A stretch of DNA of 64,000 bases from Verrucomicrobiota bacterium (GTDB taxonomy: Bacteria; Verrucomicrobiota; Verrucomicrobiia; Opitutales; Cerasicoccaceae): the NCBI GenBank assembly GCA_039818205.1, contig JBCBUK010000002.1, positions 352,001 to 416,000 on the forward strand, written 5' to 3'. Shown here piece by piece: positions 30,267 through 40,593 of this stretch. The notes under the pieces were generated by a model that had not been told where the DNA came from, ran no database searches, and was given only the letters and a program-made list of their open reading frames with translations. The translations under genes were made by a program, and so were the position numbers. Each line of letters starts with the position of its first letter. Positions within the stretch are counted from its first letter, which is position 1.

Positions 30267-33200
30267 CTAGGCCCGGCGGCGACGGCGCATCCACCAGAGA
30301 ATCATACCGCCGCCAAGCGCCATCAGCAGGTAGGTGGATGGCTCGGGAACCGGCGTGAAATTCGCCAGAATGATTTGATTCTGATTGAACGGACTGCTTG
30401 GACCGTAGAAGAGTTGCGCGGACCACAAGGCGTTGTCGCTCAGAATGGACGAGCCATTGGCGAAGTCGAGGTTGCCGGTCAGGAAGGTACTGGAAAGGAC
30501 GATGAAGGAGTCGGCTGGATCAGGCGAGAAGCCGTTAGTCACGTCAAAACGAATGTCGCCACCGAGGACTGCATTGCCCATCACGTGGACGTAGTCGAAG
30601 TCCATCCCGGCAACGAAACCGCCAATTTCGAAATACATGGACGAGGTGCTCGAAAGGGTGAGGTTGCCGGTGATGTCGAGTTGGCCCGGAGAGCTGCCTG
30701 GCGAAATCAATCCATCGTTGAAAACGTCTCCAACGATATTGCCGGAGCCACCAATTGTGCCCGCCTGGTTAAAGATTCCGGTGGTTGCGCTGAGCGTGCC
30801 GTCCACCAGTGTCGCACCGCCATTGGTTTGGGTGTAGCTGCCGGTGATTGCCGATTGGCTGCCCGAGGCGATTTCGTGAAGCCCCCCATCGTTGGTGACA
30901 TTTTCCTGGAAGAGGAATCCACCGGTTCCAGTGGCTCGGAGAACGCCGTTGCTAACGAAAGTCGGGTCGGTCGTGTTGACGTTTAATGCAGTCGTGCCGG
31001 ACGCCTCAATGGTGCCACTGTTGACTAGGCTGATTCCAGTGATAAAGCCGCCGCCACGAATCGTATTGTCCGTGTTGATCAGTGCGTTTCCAGTGGTCAC
31101 TCCGTTGATGCGAGACTGAGGGTCGTCGGCCAGGTTGATAAAGCCGCCGCCGGTCAAGTTTGCACCCGCATTTCCTACCGAAAGATTGGTGGTAAAATTC
31201 GCTCCGTTCACATTGATTTCACGGAAATTCCCGATGAGGCCCTCAAGGATTAGCGAGTTCCCATTTTGAATATCGAATGGGGCGAAGATGTTGAGGTTCT
31301 GTAGCGTGGCGGTTCCATTGGTGCGGAAGCGTCCATCGTCGAGTGGGTTGGAGTTTAAATCGATCGCGGCAAGGTCACCGCCAATGATCGTGCTCGTACC
31401 AATTGTCACGGTTGCGCCATCCTCAGCCCCGATGTAGCCCAGTGTTGAGTTCTCCTGATTGGTGATCGTGCTGCCAGTAATGTTAAGCACGCTACCGGCG
31501 CGGACTTCAATTCCTCCCGCATTGACCATGCCCAGTGTATTGGAAACGTCGAGCGTGGCAGCGTTGGAACCGGTAATTTCGATCAAACTACGGTTGATGA
31601 TGCCGAGGGAGTTCGCACCGATTGATCCGCTACCGGTGATTACATTGTCTTCGTTGATCAGGAGGGAAGTGGCGGCGCTATTGCCAGAAATTCGGGCTTG
31701 CGGGTCGTTGGCCAGGAGAACGCGGCCTCCACCGTTGAGGGTTACTGGGCCAGAAATCTGAAGGCTGGTATTTCCGGTTGTTCCAAGGATGCGGATCTCG
31801 TGGGTGTTGTTGATTTCGTTGACCAAGGTCAATGTGTTGCCATTGGAAATCTCGTAATCGGCTTGTAGATTGAGATCCTGCAACGTCGTTGGTCCGATTG
31901 CGCGAAAGACGCCGTCATCTAAGGGGTCGAAATTACTGTCAAGTGCGACGAGGTCACCATCGATGATGGTGGCGCTGGTGGTATTGATGACGCCGCCTTC
32001 GCCAACGGCAATGATCCCGGTGATGCCGGATTCCTCATTGACGATTGTAGTGTCGAAAATCGTTAACGTGCTATTATCGCTGACTTCGATGAAGCCTGGA
32101 TTAATCAAGTTGCTGCTGTCGGAAACATTGAGAGTCGTCGTGTTTAAGCCAGTGAAGATTATATTCGCACGATTGGTAATGGCCAGAGTGTCCGAGCCGA
32201 TCGTGCCGGTTCCTCTAATCGTATTTGAATTGTTTATCAGGTGAGAGGTCGCAGCGTTGGTTCCAGCGATGCGCGATTGCGGGTCATCGTTCAGCGCAAT
32301 GGTACCGAATCCATCGAGTGTAACAATACCGTCGATCAACAGAGAAGTGGTCCCTGTGGTTCCGATGATGTTCAGGTCACCATTGTTCTGAAAGCTATTG
32401 AAAAGTGTAAGGGTATTGCCATTGGTGAGGTCAATCGGGGCATTGTTCTCAACGGAAACAAAGCTCGTTGTGTTTTGGATGCGAACATCACCTGGGCCAT
32501 TAATCGAGCCGCCCAGGACACTCGCCGCGGCATTGAATACCACGTTTGATCCGATGCCTGAGACAATCTGGCCGCCACCAGTTTGATCGAAGGTGCCGCC
32601 GAGGTTGAGGATTCCGCCATTCTCAGCGGTGAATACGCCGGTGTTGGTGATCGTCTCGGCGTTGATCGGATCGACATTTAATGAAATGCCGGAAAGGTCG
32701 GCGGAAACGAGACCATGGTTCTCGATCGCCAGGAGATTGGAGCCAAAGTTGCCACCGCCCCGGATTGTATTTCCGGCCTGGTTGATTAGCCGTGCGTTCG
32801 AGTTGGCTCCAACGATGCGCGATTGTGGGTCGCCATTCAGTCGGACCGTACCGCCGCCATCGAGCGTGACGATGTCCTCGATGATGAGGCTCGTGGTGCT
32901 AGTCGTTCCGTTGATTTGAATCTCCCCTTGGTTCTGATAGATGCCAGATTGGTCAAGGGTGAGAGAAGAGGCGTTGTTGATGGATATGATTCCTTGGTTC
33001 AGAACACTGCCCGACAGGCGATTGGTGCCGCCCGTGGTTCGCATCTGGCTACCGGTTTCAACAAAGAGCGTTCCATTAATCAGGGAGCCGCCATTAAGGT
33101 TGATAGTCGAACTCGCACTGGCGAATACGTCACCACCATCAATCGTTGAGGCGCTTTGAATCGTGAGCGTTCCACCGTTGATTGCCTCGATGGAGCCGTT

Positions 33201-36200
33201 CGTGAATCCGTCGGTGTTGATTACCATCGTGTCCGAAATCGTGAGGAAGCCACCGTCGGCTTGGACAACGCCGATGTTTTCAAAATTGCCGGTGTCGTGG
33301 GCATCAATAATCAATGGCGTGGATACATTGCCGATGATGCGCCCTCCGGATTCGTTGGTAATCGCCAAGAGGTTATTACCAAATGAGCCTCCGCCGGAAA
33401 TGGTGTTGTCGACATTGATCAAGCGGTTTCCCGACGCGGAAGCGATGATACGGTTCTGCGGGTCGTTGAGAAGGGTGATCGTGCCGCCACCGTCGAGGAA
33501 GAAGTTCGGGCTTCCGATCACTAGCGAGGTGGTTCCGGTTGTGCCCAGCAGGTCAATGCTGCCAGCGTTGTTAAAATCGTTGGCTAGCGTCAGGCTGCCA
33601 CCATTGAGAACGCGGATTGGAGCGGAGGAAGAAACACCGCTCAAACTGGAGGATCCAGAAAAGTTAAATAGGCCTGCGCCGTTGGCAATCAATTGCCCAT
33701 TCAGGACGTGACTGCCAGAGAAATTAAAGACACCTTCATTGGCGCTCATGATCCCGATTGGTCCAAGGCCTTCGTCTTGATTAATCGTGGTGGCGGTGAA
33801 GTTGAATATGCCTCCGGAGAATGCCTCCATGATGCCGGTGTTAAAACTGTCGACGGAATCGTTGAGGTTGATCGAAAAGGTTCCGGTCGCGTCGATGCGG
33901 CCACGATTGGAGAGAGCCACCAGGTTATCGTTGATTGAGCCGCCTCCGAAAATTCGGTTGTCGACGTTGATCAGGCGATTGCCTGCGGCGGCCGATGAAA
34001 TGCGGCTTTGAGGATCATTGTTGAGCTCCAGCTCACCACCGCCCTGCAAGGTGACGGTGGCCCCATCGACACGGAAGTTCGTGGTCCCCGTGGTGCCGTT
34101 GACGAGGAATTTTCCTTGGTTGTTGATGACCGTGCCATCTTGGAATCCCAGAGTCGTTCCATTCGGAAGCACGATCTGGTTGCCGGACGGGAGTGTTACG
34201 AGTGTGCCGAGCACGTTGGTGCCAGCGAGATTGACCAATGTTGTTGCTGAAAACTGAATGTCGGCATTGAAAACATCGGAATTGGTGAGGTCCAACTGGG
34301 TGTTGTCTCCGAATTGAATGAGCCCACCGTCAATGTTGATACTAGAGAGTTCCAGTTCGGAATCATTCTGAATATCGATGAGGCCTGTTGAGTTGGTGAG
34401 GTCGCCATTGATGAGGCGTAAAATACCGCCATTGCTCGCGCGTAACGTGCCGGTATTGACGAAGGCGTTGCCAGTCGATGGGTCAATGATCAACCGGTTG
34501 GATAAGTTGGCATCGATGATATGCTGGTTAACGAATGTTCCGCTGTTGTCGACAATCGTGCCGGCACCGCTGATCACGTTGTCGACATTGATGAAGCCAT
34601 TGGATGCGGCGGTTCCTTCGATTCGGTTTCCCGCGCTGTCGCTCAAAAAAATGTTCCCGCCGCCCTGGAAGGTTACTGCCCCGGTGCCGGTCGACTGCAG
34701 TGCGGTTGTTGTGCCGTTTGAATTCAGGAAGATGTCACCCCCGTTAACAAAATTTGTTGATGCGTCGATGCGCAATGCGTCTCCAAACTCGATATTGACC
34801 ACTCCACCCGCGGGATTCGTGAAGCTTCCACCAACGATATTGGTGTTACCGGTTATATCGATGATGCCGGTCGCAGAATTCGCAAGGGTTACGCCAGTAA
34901 AGATGCTCGAAGAGGAAGTAAGCTTCGAGTTGGCCGAGAGTGTCAAATTCCCGTTATTGATGTCTATGCCGGATGCTTCCAAGTTGCTGCCGGTATCCGC
35001 CAGGATTTGGCCACCCGCATTTTCGATCGTTCCATTGATTAAGCGTAGGGTGGCGCCATTGGTCGACTGAAGCATGCCACTGTTGACCATGGCCTGCGTG
35101 TTGTCTGGATCGATAATCAGTGGAGTCACCTGGTCCGCCCGGATAATCGCCTGGTTTTCAAAGCTACCGGCGTTATCTATGATTGTGCCCGATCCGCGGA
35201 TTAAATGGTCGACGTTGACGAAGCCAGCGGAGGAGTTTTGGCCTTCAATGCGATTGGCAGCACTGGAGGTGAGGTTGATGGTTCCGCCACCTTGGAGCAT
35301 GACCGGGCTGTTGCCAGTCGCCTGTAGGGTTGTGGTAACGCCCGTTGAGGACAGATTGATTGTTCCCCCGTTGTTGAAGGCCGTCGTGCCGTCAAGCCGG
35401 AGACGGCTTCCGTTCTCGATGTTGATCGCGCTGCCTGCTGGAGTCAGGAGGGATCCTCCCGTGATCTCAGTGTTGCCGGTTACCTCGATCGTACTGGTGG
35501 TGGAATTGGCGATACTCACACCAGCGAAGGTGGACGTGGAGGTGTCCATGGTAACGCCGGCTCCAAGGGTAATTGTGCCATCAGTGATGTTAGAACTGGA
35601 AAACTCGAGGCGGGTGCCGTCATCGGCGATGATCTGACCGCCGGTATTGGTGACATCGCCGGTGATGAAGCGTAGGGTGGCGCCACTGGATGCTCGCAAT
35701 ATACCTGAGTTTATCATCGGGATCCCCGTTGCGGGATCAATGATGAGTGGGGTCGATTGATTGGCGATAATTACGCTTTGATTCTCGAAGCTACCGGAAT
35801 TATCAATGATCGTTCCTGAGCCTGAGATCGTTTGGTCGACATTGACGAAGCCGGAAAGGGAATTGTCTCCTTCAATGCGGTTGGCGGCTGAATTGCTCAA
35901 TAAGACACTGCCACCCCCCTGCAAGAGAACGGTACCACTTCCGGTTGCCCTCAAGGTTGTGGTTGTGCCGCTGCTAAGGATGTTGATGTCGCTAACATTG
36001 TTGACCGTGGTGCTGGCATCAATTTCGAGGCGGCTTCCATTCTGAATATTGATTACGGAACCAACTGGGTTATTGATCGAGCCGCTAGTCACGGTGGTGG
36101 ATCCGGAAACCTCGATTGCCCCACTGGTATTGACGATGTCGACCCCGACGAAATCGGCGATGGATGTTTCTGCGGTCGAGTTACCCGTAATCTCCAACGT

Positions 36201-36914
36201 GCCATTGTTGATGTCGGCATTGATGACTCGGACCTGGGAACCGTTGATCGCTCGAATCAAGCCGCCACCATTGTCGATCTCGCCACTGATGATTTGCAGC
36301 GTCGCACCATTGTCTGCCTGAAGGGTGCCCGAGTTGATCATGGCGATGCCGGTGGCCGGATCGATGATTAGCGGCACGGATTGGTCCGCCTGTATAATGC
36401 CACGGTTGTCGAAGCCTCCCGCGTTGTCGATAATGGTTCCGGAACCGCGGATGAGTGTGTCGATATTGATAAAGCCACTCGTAGTGGAGGAGCCTTCGAG
36501 GCGGTTGCTCGCAATGTTCCCCAGATTGATGGTGCCGCCTTGGAGAGTTACGGGCGTTGTGCCGACTGCTCGGAGAGTCGAGGTTGCGCCGGTGGATGAA
36601 ATATTGATGGTGCCGTTGGTGACATTGCCGCCGTTGATTTCCAGAAGATCTCCATTTAGGATATCGACGGTGCTGGAAGGGTTCAGCAGAACGCTATCGA
36701 CTGTAACCGGGGACAGGACACTGACCGTGGTGTTGGGAGTCAGGATTTGGACGTCAAATACCTGGCCGTTGTTGTCGGGGACGACATTCAGGTTCCAGTT
36801 GTCGGCGTCGTTCCAGCTCCCAGTGGCGGGCCCGATCCAATCGATCGTGACCGCGGAGGACGGCAGTGCGGCAGCTAAAGCGGCAATTGGTAAAATTATG
36901 GCAGCAGTTTTCAC
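30267..36914 (-). CDS. Giant PEP-CTERM surface protein (2215 aa) with beta-helix-like repeats
   Basis: Signal peptide; about 10 long repeats; PGSSPG motif; VPEPSTYLLMALGGGMILWWMRRRRA. Confidence 0.93.
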   Translation of the reverse strand: MKTAAIILPIAALAAALPSSAVTIDWIGPATGSWNDADNWNLNVVPDNNGQVFDVQILTPNTTVSVLSPVTVDSVLLNPSSTVDILNGDLLEINGGNVTNGTINISSTGATSTLRAVGTTPVTLQGGTINLGNIASNRLEGSSTTSGFINIDTLIRGSGTIIDNAGGFDNRGIIQADQSVPLIIDPATGIAMINSGTLQADNGATLQIISGEIDNGGGLIRAINGSQVRVINADINNGTLEITGNSTAETSIADFVGVDIVNTSGAIEVSGSTTVTSGSINNPVGSVINIQNGSRLEIDASTTVNNVSDINILSSGTTTTLRATGSGTVLLQGGGSVLLSNSAANRIEGDNSLSGFVNVDQTISGSGTIIDNSGSFENQSVIIANQSTPLIIDPATGIPMINSGILRASSGATLRFITGDVTNTGGQIIADDGTRLEFSSSNITDGTITLGAGVTMDTSTSTFAGVSIANSTTSTIEVTGNTEITGGSLLTPAGSAINIENGSRLRLDGTTAFNNGGTINLSSTGVTTTLQATGNSPVMLQGGGTINLTSSAANRIEGQNSSAGFVNVDHLIRGSGTIIDNAGSFENQAIIRADQVTPLIIDPDNTQAMVNSGMLQSTNGATLRLINGTIENAGGQILADTGSNLEASGIDINNGNLTLSANSKLTSSSSIFTGVTLANSATGIIDITGNTNIVGGSFTNPAGGVVNIEFGDALRIDASTNFVNGGDIFLNSNGTTTALQSTGTGAVTFQGGGNIFLSDSAGNRIEGTAASNGFINVDNVISGAGTIVDNSGTFVNQHIIDANLSNRLIIDPSTGNAFVNTGTLRASNGGILRLINGDLTNSTGLIDIQNDSELELSSINIDGGLIQFGDNTQLDLTNSDVFNADIQFSATTLVNLAGTNVLGTLVTLPSGNQIVLPNGTTLGFQDGTVINNQGKFLVNGTTGTTNFRVDGATVTLQGGGELELNNDPQSRISSAAAGNRLINVDNRIFGGGSINDNLVALSNRGRIDATGTFSINLNDSVDSFNTGIMEAFSGGIFNFTATTINQDEGLGPIGIMSANEGVFNFSGSHVLNGQLIANGAGLFNFSGSSSLSGVSSSAPIRVLNGGSLTLANDFNNAGSIDLLGTTGTTSLVIGSPNFFLDGGGTITLLNDPQNRIIASASGNRLINVDNTISGGGSFGNNLLAITNESGGRIIGNVSTPLIIDAHDTGNFENIGVVQADGGFLTISDTMVINTDGFTNGSIEAINGGTLTIQSASTIDGGDVFASASSTINLNGGSLINGTLFVETGSQMRTTGGTNRLSGSVLNQGIISINNASSLTLDQSGIYQNQGEIQINGTTSTTSLIIEDIVTLDGGGTVRLNGDPQSRIVGANSNARLINQAGNTIRGGGNFGSNLLAIENHGLVSADLSGISLNVDPINAETITNTGVFTAENGGILNLGGTFDQTGGGQIVSGIGSNVVFNAAASVLGGSINGPGDVRIQNTTSFVSVENNAPIDLTNGNTLTLFNSFQNNGDLNIIGTTGTTSLLIDGIVTLDGFGTIALNDDPQSRIAGTNAATSHLINNSNTIRGTGTIGSDTLAITNRANIIFTGLNTTTLNVSDSSNLINPGFIEVSDNSTLTIFDTTIVNEESGITGIIAVGEGGVINTTSATIIDGDLVALDSNFDPLDDGVFRAIGPTTLQDLNLQADYEISNGNTLTLVNEINNTHEIRILGTTGNTSLQISGPVTLNGGGRVLLANDPQARISGNSAATSLLINEDNVITGSGSIGANSLGIINRSLIEITGSNAATLDVSNTLGMVNAGGIEVRAGSVLNITGSTITNQENSTLGYIGAEDGATVTIGTSTIIGGDLAAIDLNSNPLDDGRFRTNGTATLQNLNIFAPFDIQNGNSLILEGLIGNFREINVNGANFTTNLSVGNAGANLTGGGFINLADDPQSRINGVTTGNALINTDNTIRGGGFITGISLVNSGTIEASGTTALNVNTTDPTFVSNGVLRATGTGGFLFQENVTNDGGLHEIASGSQSAITGSYTQTNGGATLVDGTLSATTGIFNQAGTIGGSGNIVGDVFNDGLISPGSSPGQLDITGNLTLSSTSSMYFEIGGFVAGMDFDYVHVMGNAVLGGDIRFDVTNGFSPDPADSFIVLSSTFLTGNLDFANGSSILSDNALWSAQLFYGPSSPFNQNQIILANFTPVPEPSTYLLMALGGGMILWWMRRRRRA

Positions 36915-37070
36915 GGTCAGGAGAGTGTTCCCCTGACTAAAAAATTAATACCGATAAACAGCATTCCTAAAAATCAGGGGTGTCCAACCTAAGATTTTGG
37001 AGCTACCGAGGCAAGCTCAATTGGCGCTGATCCTGCTCCAAATCTGGCGCCCAAGGAGATACTAATGGCC

Positions 37071-37934
37071 TTATTGCTGGACGATTTCCACCTCATCAAT
37101 TTCCGCGAGGAGGCCATTTACCTCTGCAGCAGATATCTGGTTGAGATAGTCCTCCGAAAACAGCTGTTCGTCGATATCCAGGTTGAGGCGACTTTTTAGC
37201 ACTTTGAACACCGTGATGGTATCCCGGTCCAGATTGGACATGACTGCAAAGCGGGGTCGCACGGTTTTGCCGTCCACATCGGGGGAGCGATACTCGTAAG
37301 CCTGAAGTTCCTTGATGCGCTCGTCGTCGTCATTGTAGAACACGATTTTCCGAACCTCGAAGCTGGTTGGGTCGACGTAAATGTCGCGGTAGGCGTACTG
37401 GCTCTCAGCGGATTTTTCCGGATTGGCTCGAACGACCGCGCAGACTTCACCCTGCGCAACGCCATCTGGCAGGCGCTGGTAGCTGTTGCGGTTTGGGGCT
37501 TCGCGAATCAAGTCTTCGTAGGCGAAGTCCGAGCCGAGGAAGGCACCCGAGCGGTTGACGCCAGCCAGCTTCACTGGTTTTTCTTGTGCCGGAAAGTAGA
37601 GGAATTGGTCCACCGAGTCATCGCCAGAAACGTTCGTCAATACGCTGAGCCCTTCGACGTCTTTCGGGCGAACGAGGCGAATTAGGTAGTCGAAACCACC
37701 CTCGGGCTTCTTCTTGGTGAGAGCCAGGAAGCGTCGCTTGACCACGTCTTTGGATGGTGACTCAGAGTCGAAGGTCTTCATCTCAATGAACGCCAGCTCA
37801 GAGTCGACCGTTTGGGTCTTCGCGTAGTGGTCCATCAATTCGCGGCCATCCATTGAGGAAATGTCCTTTTCCGCGAAGGCAAAGGCGGACGAAAGGAAAC
37901 ATGCAAAACTCAGGACAAGGGTGTATCTGATCAT
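37071..37934 (-). CDS. Outer-membrane lipoprotein-sorting (LolA-like) protein
   Basis: Signal peptide; P.DV.G..L, DQFLYFPA, FLGSDFAYEDL. Confidence 0.85.
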   Translation of the reverse strand: MIRYTLVLSFACFLSSAFAFAEKDISSMDGRELMDHYAKTQTVDSELAFIEMKTFDSESPSKDVVKRRFLALTKKKPEGGFDYLIRLVRPKDVEGLSVLTNVSGDDSVDQFLYFPAQEKPVKLAGVNRSGAFLGSDFAYEDLIREAPNRNSYQRLPDGVAQGEVCAVVRANPEKSAESQYAYRDIYVDPTSFEVRKIVFYNDDDERIKELQAYEYRSPDVDGKTVRPRFAVMSNLDRDTITVFKVLKSRLNLDIDEQLFSEDYLNQISAAEVNGLLAEIDEVEIVQQ

Positions 37935-38031
37935 AGTAGGCTTGGTGTTGGCAGAGTTGCTTGATGTGTTTAAATGGTGTTTCCCCCTCAGTAAATGAAT
38001 TTTTTGCAAATGTGGCGGTTCGGAGTGGGCA

Positions 38032-38060
38032 CAAAAAAAGCCCGGACATGCCGGGCTTTT
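38032..38060 (-). terminator. Intrinsic terminator of mdh
   Basis: Plus strand aaaaaaagcccgg-acatg-ccgggctttt. Confidence 0.85.
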
Positions 38061-38077
38061 CGGGGAGAAACCTTGGA

Positions 38078-39061
38078 TTAGAGGGCCGCGAGAGCCATTT
38101 CGCGCTCGTCGGTCAACTCTTGATTAGATTTTGCGATTTGCTCCTTGGCGTATTCGGTCAGCTCGATGCCTTCGACTACGGACCAGTCGGTGCCGTTGCT
38201 CTTGATTGGCAGGGAGGTGATAATGCCTTCGGGCACTCCATATTCGCCCTTGGAAAGGACGCAAACGCTGTGGAAATCGCCTTCGGGGGTTGGTGTGGTC
38301 AGGCTGACTACGGTGTCAACAACCGCGTTGGCCGCCGAGGCGGCTGACGAAGCACCCCGTGCCTCGATGATCGCGGCGCCCCGCTTGCCAACGGTGGGCA
38401 CGAAGGTTTCCTGCAGCCAGGCTTCATCGGAAATAACGTCAGTCGCGGATTTGCCCTCGATCTTGGTGTTGTAGAAATCCGGGAACATGGTCGGGGAGTG
38501 GTTGCCCCAGACGCAGAGGTTGGTGACGTCTTTGACGGCGACGCCTGCTTTTTGTGCCAGCTGAGTCTTTGCGCGGTTTTCGTCGAGGCGGGTCATCGCG
38601 AACCAGCGATCCGAAGGAATGTCCGGCGCATGCTTCATCGCGATCAGGCAATTGGTGTTGCAGGGGTTACCCACAACGACAATACGCACATCCTTGGCGG
38701 CATTGTCATTGATGGCTTTGCCTTGACCGACGAAGATCTTGCCGTTGATGCCGAGAAGATCTGCGCGCTCCATGCCCTTTTTGCGGGGAACGGACCCGAC
38801 GAGTAGCGCCCAGTTGACGTCCTTGAATCCTTCGTTCAAGTCCGCAGTTTGGACGATTTCAGTCAGGAGCGGGAATGCGCAGTCATCCAGTTCCATGGCC
38901 ACACCCTTGAGGGCGTTGAGCGCAGGTTCGATCTCAATGAGATTCAGCGCCACTGGCTGATCCGGACCAAACATTTGGCCCGAGGCGATGCGGAAAAGAA
39001 GGGCGTAGCCGATATTGCCGGCTGCGCCGGTTACGGCGACTCGGATGGGTTGCTTGCTCAT
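38078..39061 (-). CDS. mdh: Malate dehydrogenase
   Basis: [46 protein letters not shown]. Confidence 0.97.
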   Translation of the reverse strand: MSKQPIRVAVTGAAGNIGYALLFRIASGQMFGPDQPVALNLIEIEPALNALKGVAMELDDCAFPLLTEIVQTADLNEGFKDVNWALLVGSVPRKKGMERADLLGINGKIFVGQGKAINDNAAKDVRIVVVGNPCNTNCLIAMKHAPDIPSDRWFAMTRLDENRAKTQLAQKAGVAVKDVTNLCVWGNHSPTMFPDFYNTKIEGKSATDVISDEAWLQETFVPTVGKRGAAIIEARGASSAASAANAVVDTVVSLTTPTPEGDFHSVCVLSKGEYGVPEGIITSLPIKSNGTDWSVVEGIELTEYAKEQIAKSNQELTDEREMALAAL

Positions 39062-39347
39062 GTTAGCTATTGGCTGTGAGGTTTGATTGTAAATGGACAG
39101 GGCACCTGGCGCGTCCAATTCGGGAGACCATTAGAGTCTTTGATGGGTCTTCTTTCGATCGTCAACTGCCAAGAACGCTGTCTAGACTGATGATTAAACA
39201 AACTTATCTGTCTGCTAGAAGAAGATTCGTTAATCTCTCAGCTTTATAAGCACAGGTTGTTGCGGGGGAAAGGTGGGCTATTTGGCGATGCGCGGGGTTA
39301 GCTTACATCGACGGGGTTCCGAAGTGCGATTCTTGGATTCTGTGAAC

Positions 39348-39953
39348 TCACCGATTGATTTGGTCCCGGAGAGATACCATGGCCTCGATTTGCGGGGTTA
39401 GCTTGCGAGCGATGTGGCGCTTGGAATAGAGAACGCCCATCGCCGCTATCGTTGCCAGTAGCCCGCCGACCGCAATGCCGACCATTGGGTTGGATTCATC
39501 AACCGCGATATTATAGCCGAACAGGGGTATGATCAAAAGCAAGGCCCAGACGGTCCATTTTGTCGTCTTGAGAAGGCTAATTTGTTTTTCGTGGTCATCA
39601 ATCAGTCGATCGACCTGAGCCACCAATGACGACTCATACCGCCTTTGGCTTTGCCGCCAGACGATGCGCCAAGCCAAACGATAACTGGCAAGGGCCAGGA
39701 AGATTAATCCGGTGGCGACTAGCGTAATGGTGCGCAGGTATTCTCCATCGATAGCGAAGGAAATGCCATGGTAGCAAAGGAAGCCGCACGTAGCTAAACC
39801 GAACAGTACGTCGCTGGTGTCGCGGAAAAACGCGCTTCGAGTGAGTCTCTGATTCTCCTCCGCAATGTTTCTTGCTAACGATTTTTCATCGATAGCGAAA
39901 ACAGGTCGTTTGTGGCCTGATTCCCAAATGATTTTTAGCTCTTGGATTTCCAT
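39348..39953 (-). CDS. Membrane protein, putative anti-sigma partner
   Basis: ME..ELK.IW N-terminus, 4 TM helices, directly downstream of ECF sigma. Confidence 0.65.
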   Translation of the reverse strand: MEIQELKIIWESGHKRPVFAIDEKSLARNIAEENQRLTRSAFFRDTSDVLFGLATCGFLCYHGISFAIDGEYLRTITLVATGLIFLALASYRLAWRIVWRQSQRRYESSLVAQVDRLIDDHEKQISLLKTTKWTVWALLLIIPLFGYNIAVDESNPMVGIAVGGLLATIAAMGVLYSKRHIARKLTPQIEAMVSLRDQINR

Positions 39954-39956
39954 ATT

Positions 39957-40454
39957 CTAGTCCTTTCGAAGTTCTGAGGTTAGTTTCTTTTTGATTCGGT
40001 TGAACTTTACGCCGACGTTGCTCTCGCTGATTCCCAGAATGTCGGCGACCTCTTGATAGCTGTAGCCATCAAGAATCAGAATTACTAGTGACCGATTGAT
40101 CTCACCGAGCGTTGCAATCTGTTCATAGAGCCAATTCAAACGGGGATCGATCTGTTTGGTCGTCTTGCCAATTTCGTGAGCAACCTCATCGATGGATTGT
40201 GTTTTTGAATGGCGCGTCTTCTCGGATTTCGACCAGGCAATCGCTCGATATAGACAGACCCGGTAGATCCAGGTGGTGGGCGAGGCTGTCGCCCTAAATT
40301 GTGGGATCGACGACCAAACACAGGTTGCTAGTTCCTGGAATAGGTCCTTTCGGTCTTCAGGATTGGTTGTGAAGCTACACGCAATTTTGAGGAGGATGCC
40401 CTTGTGGTCCTTGAGCCATTTTTCAAATATTGCGTTCTGGTCGTGTGTTTTCAT
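39957..40454 (-). CDS. ECF RNA polymerase sigma factor
   Basis: DLFQE, TWIYRV, GYSYQEVADILGISESNVGVKFNRIK. Confidence 0.93.
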   Translation of the reverse strand: MKTHDQNAIFEKWLKDHKGILLKIACSFTTNPEDRKDLFQELATCVWSSIPQFRATASPTTWIYRVCLYRAIAWSKSEKTRHSKTQSIDEVAHEIGKTTKQIDPRLNWLYEQIATLGEINRSLVILILDGYSYQEVADILGISESNVGVKFNRIKKKLTSELRKD

Positions 40455-40593
40455 CTCTGCTTTCTTAATCTAACTAGAGAGTTTATTGGGCAGGTTTCTT
40501 ACAATCGACCGAAACTTTTCTTTTCACACCTCCTGACGCGATGGCACTCTGCGATTGATTCGGGGTCTGGGTATTTGTCATGATAGCCTTTTA

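Noticed and set aside
28255..36936. Many plus-strand ORFs over the PEP-CTERM genes
   Set aside because: Antisense frames kept open by biased codon and amino-acid usage
39090..39155. Hairpins upstream of mdh as a possible riboswitch
   Set aside because: Imperfect stems and no aptamer consensus I recognise; an Rfam/Infernal scan would be needed
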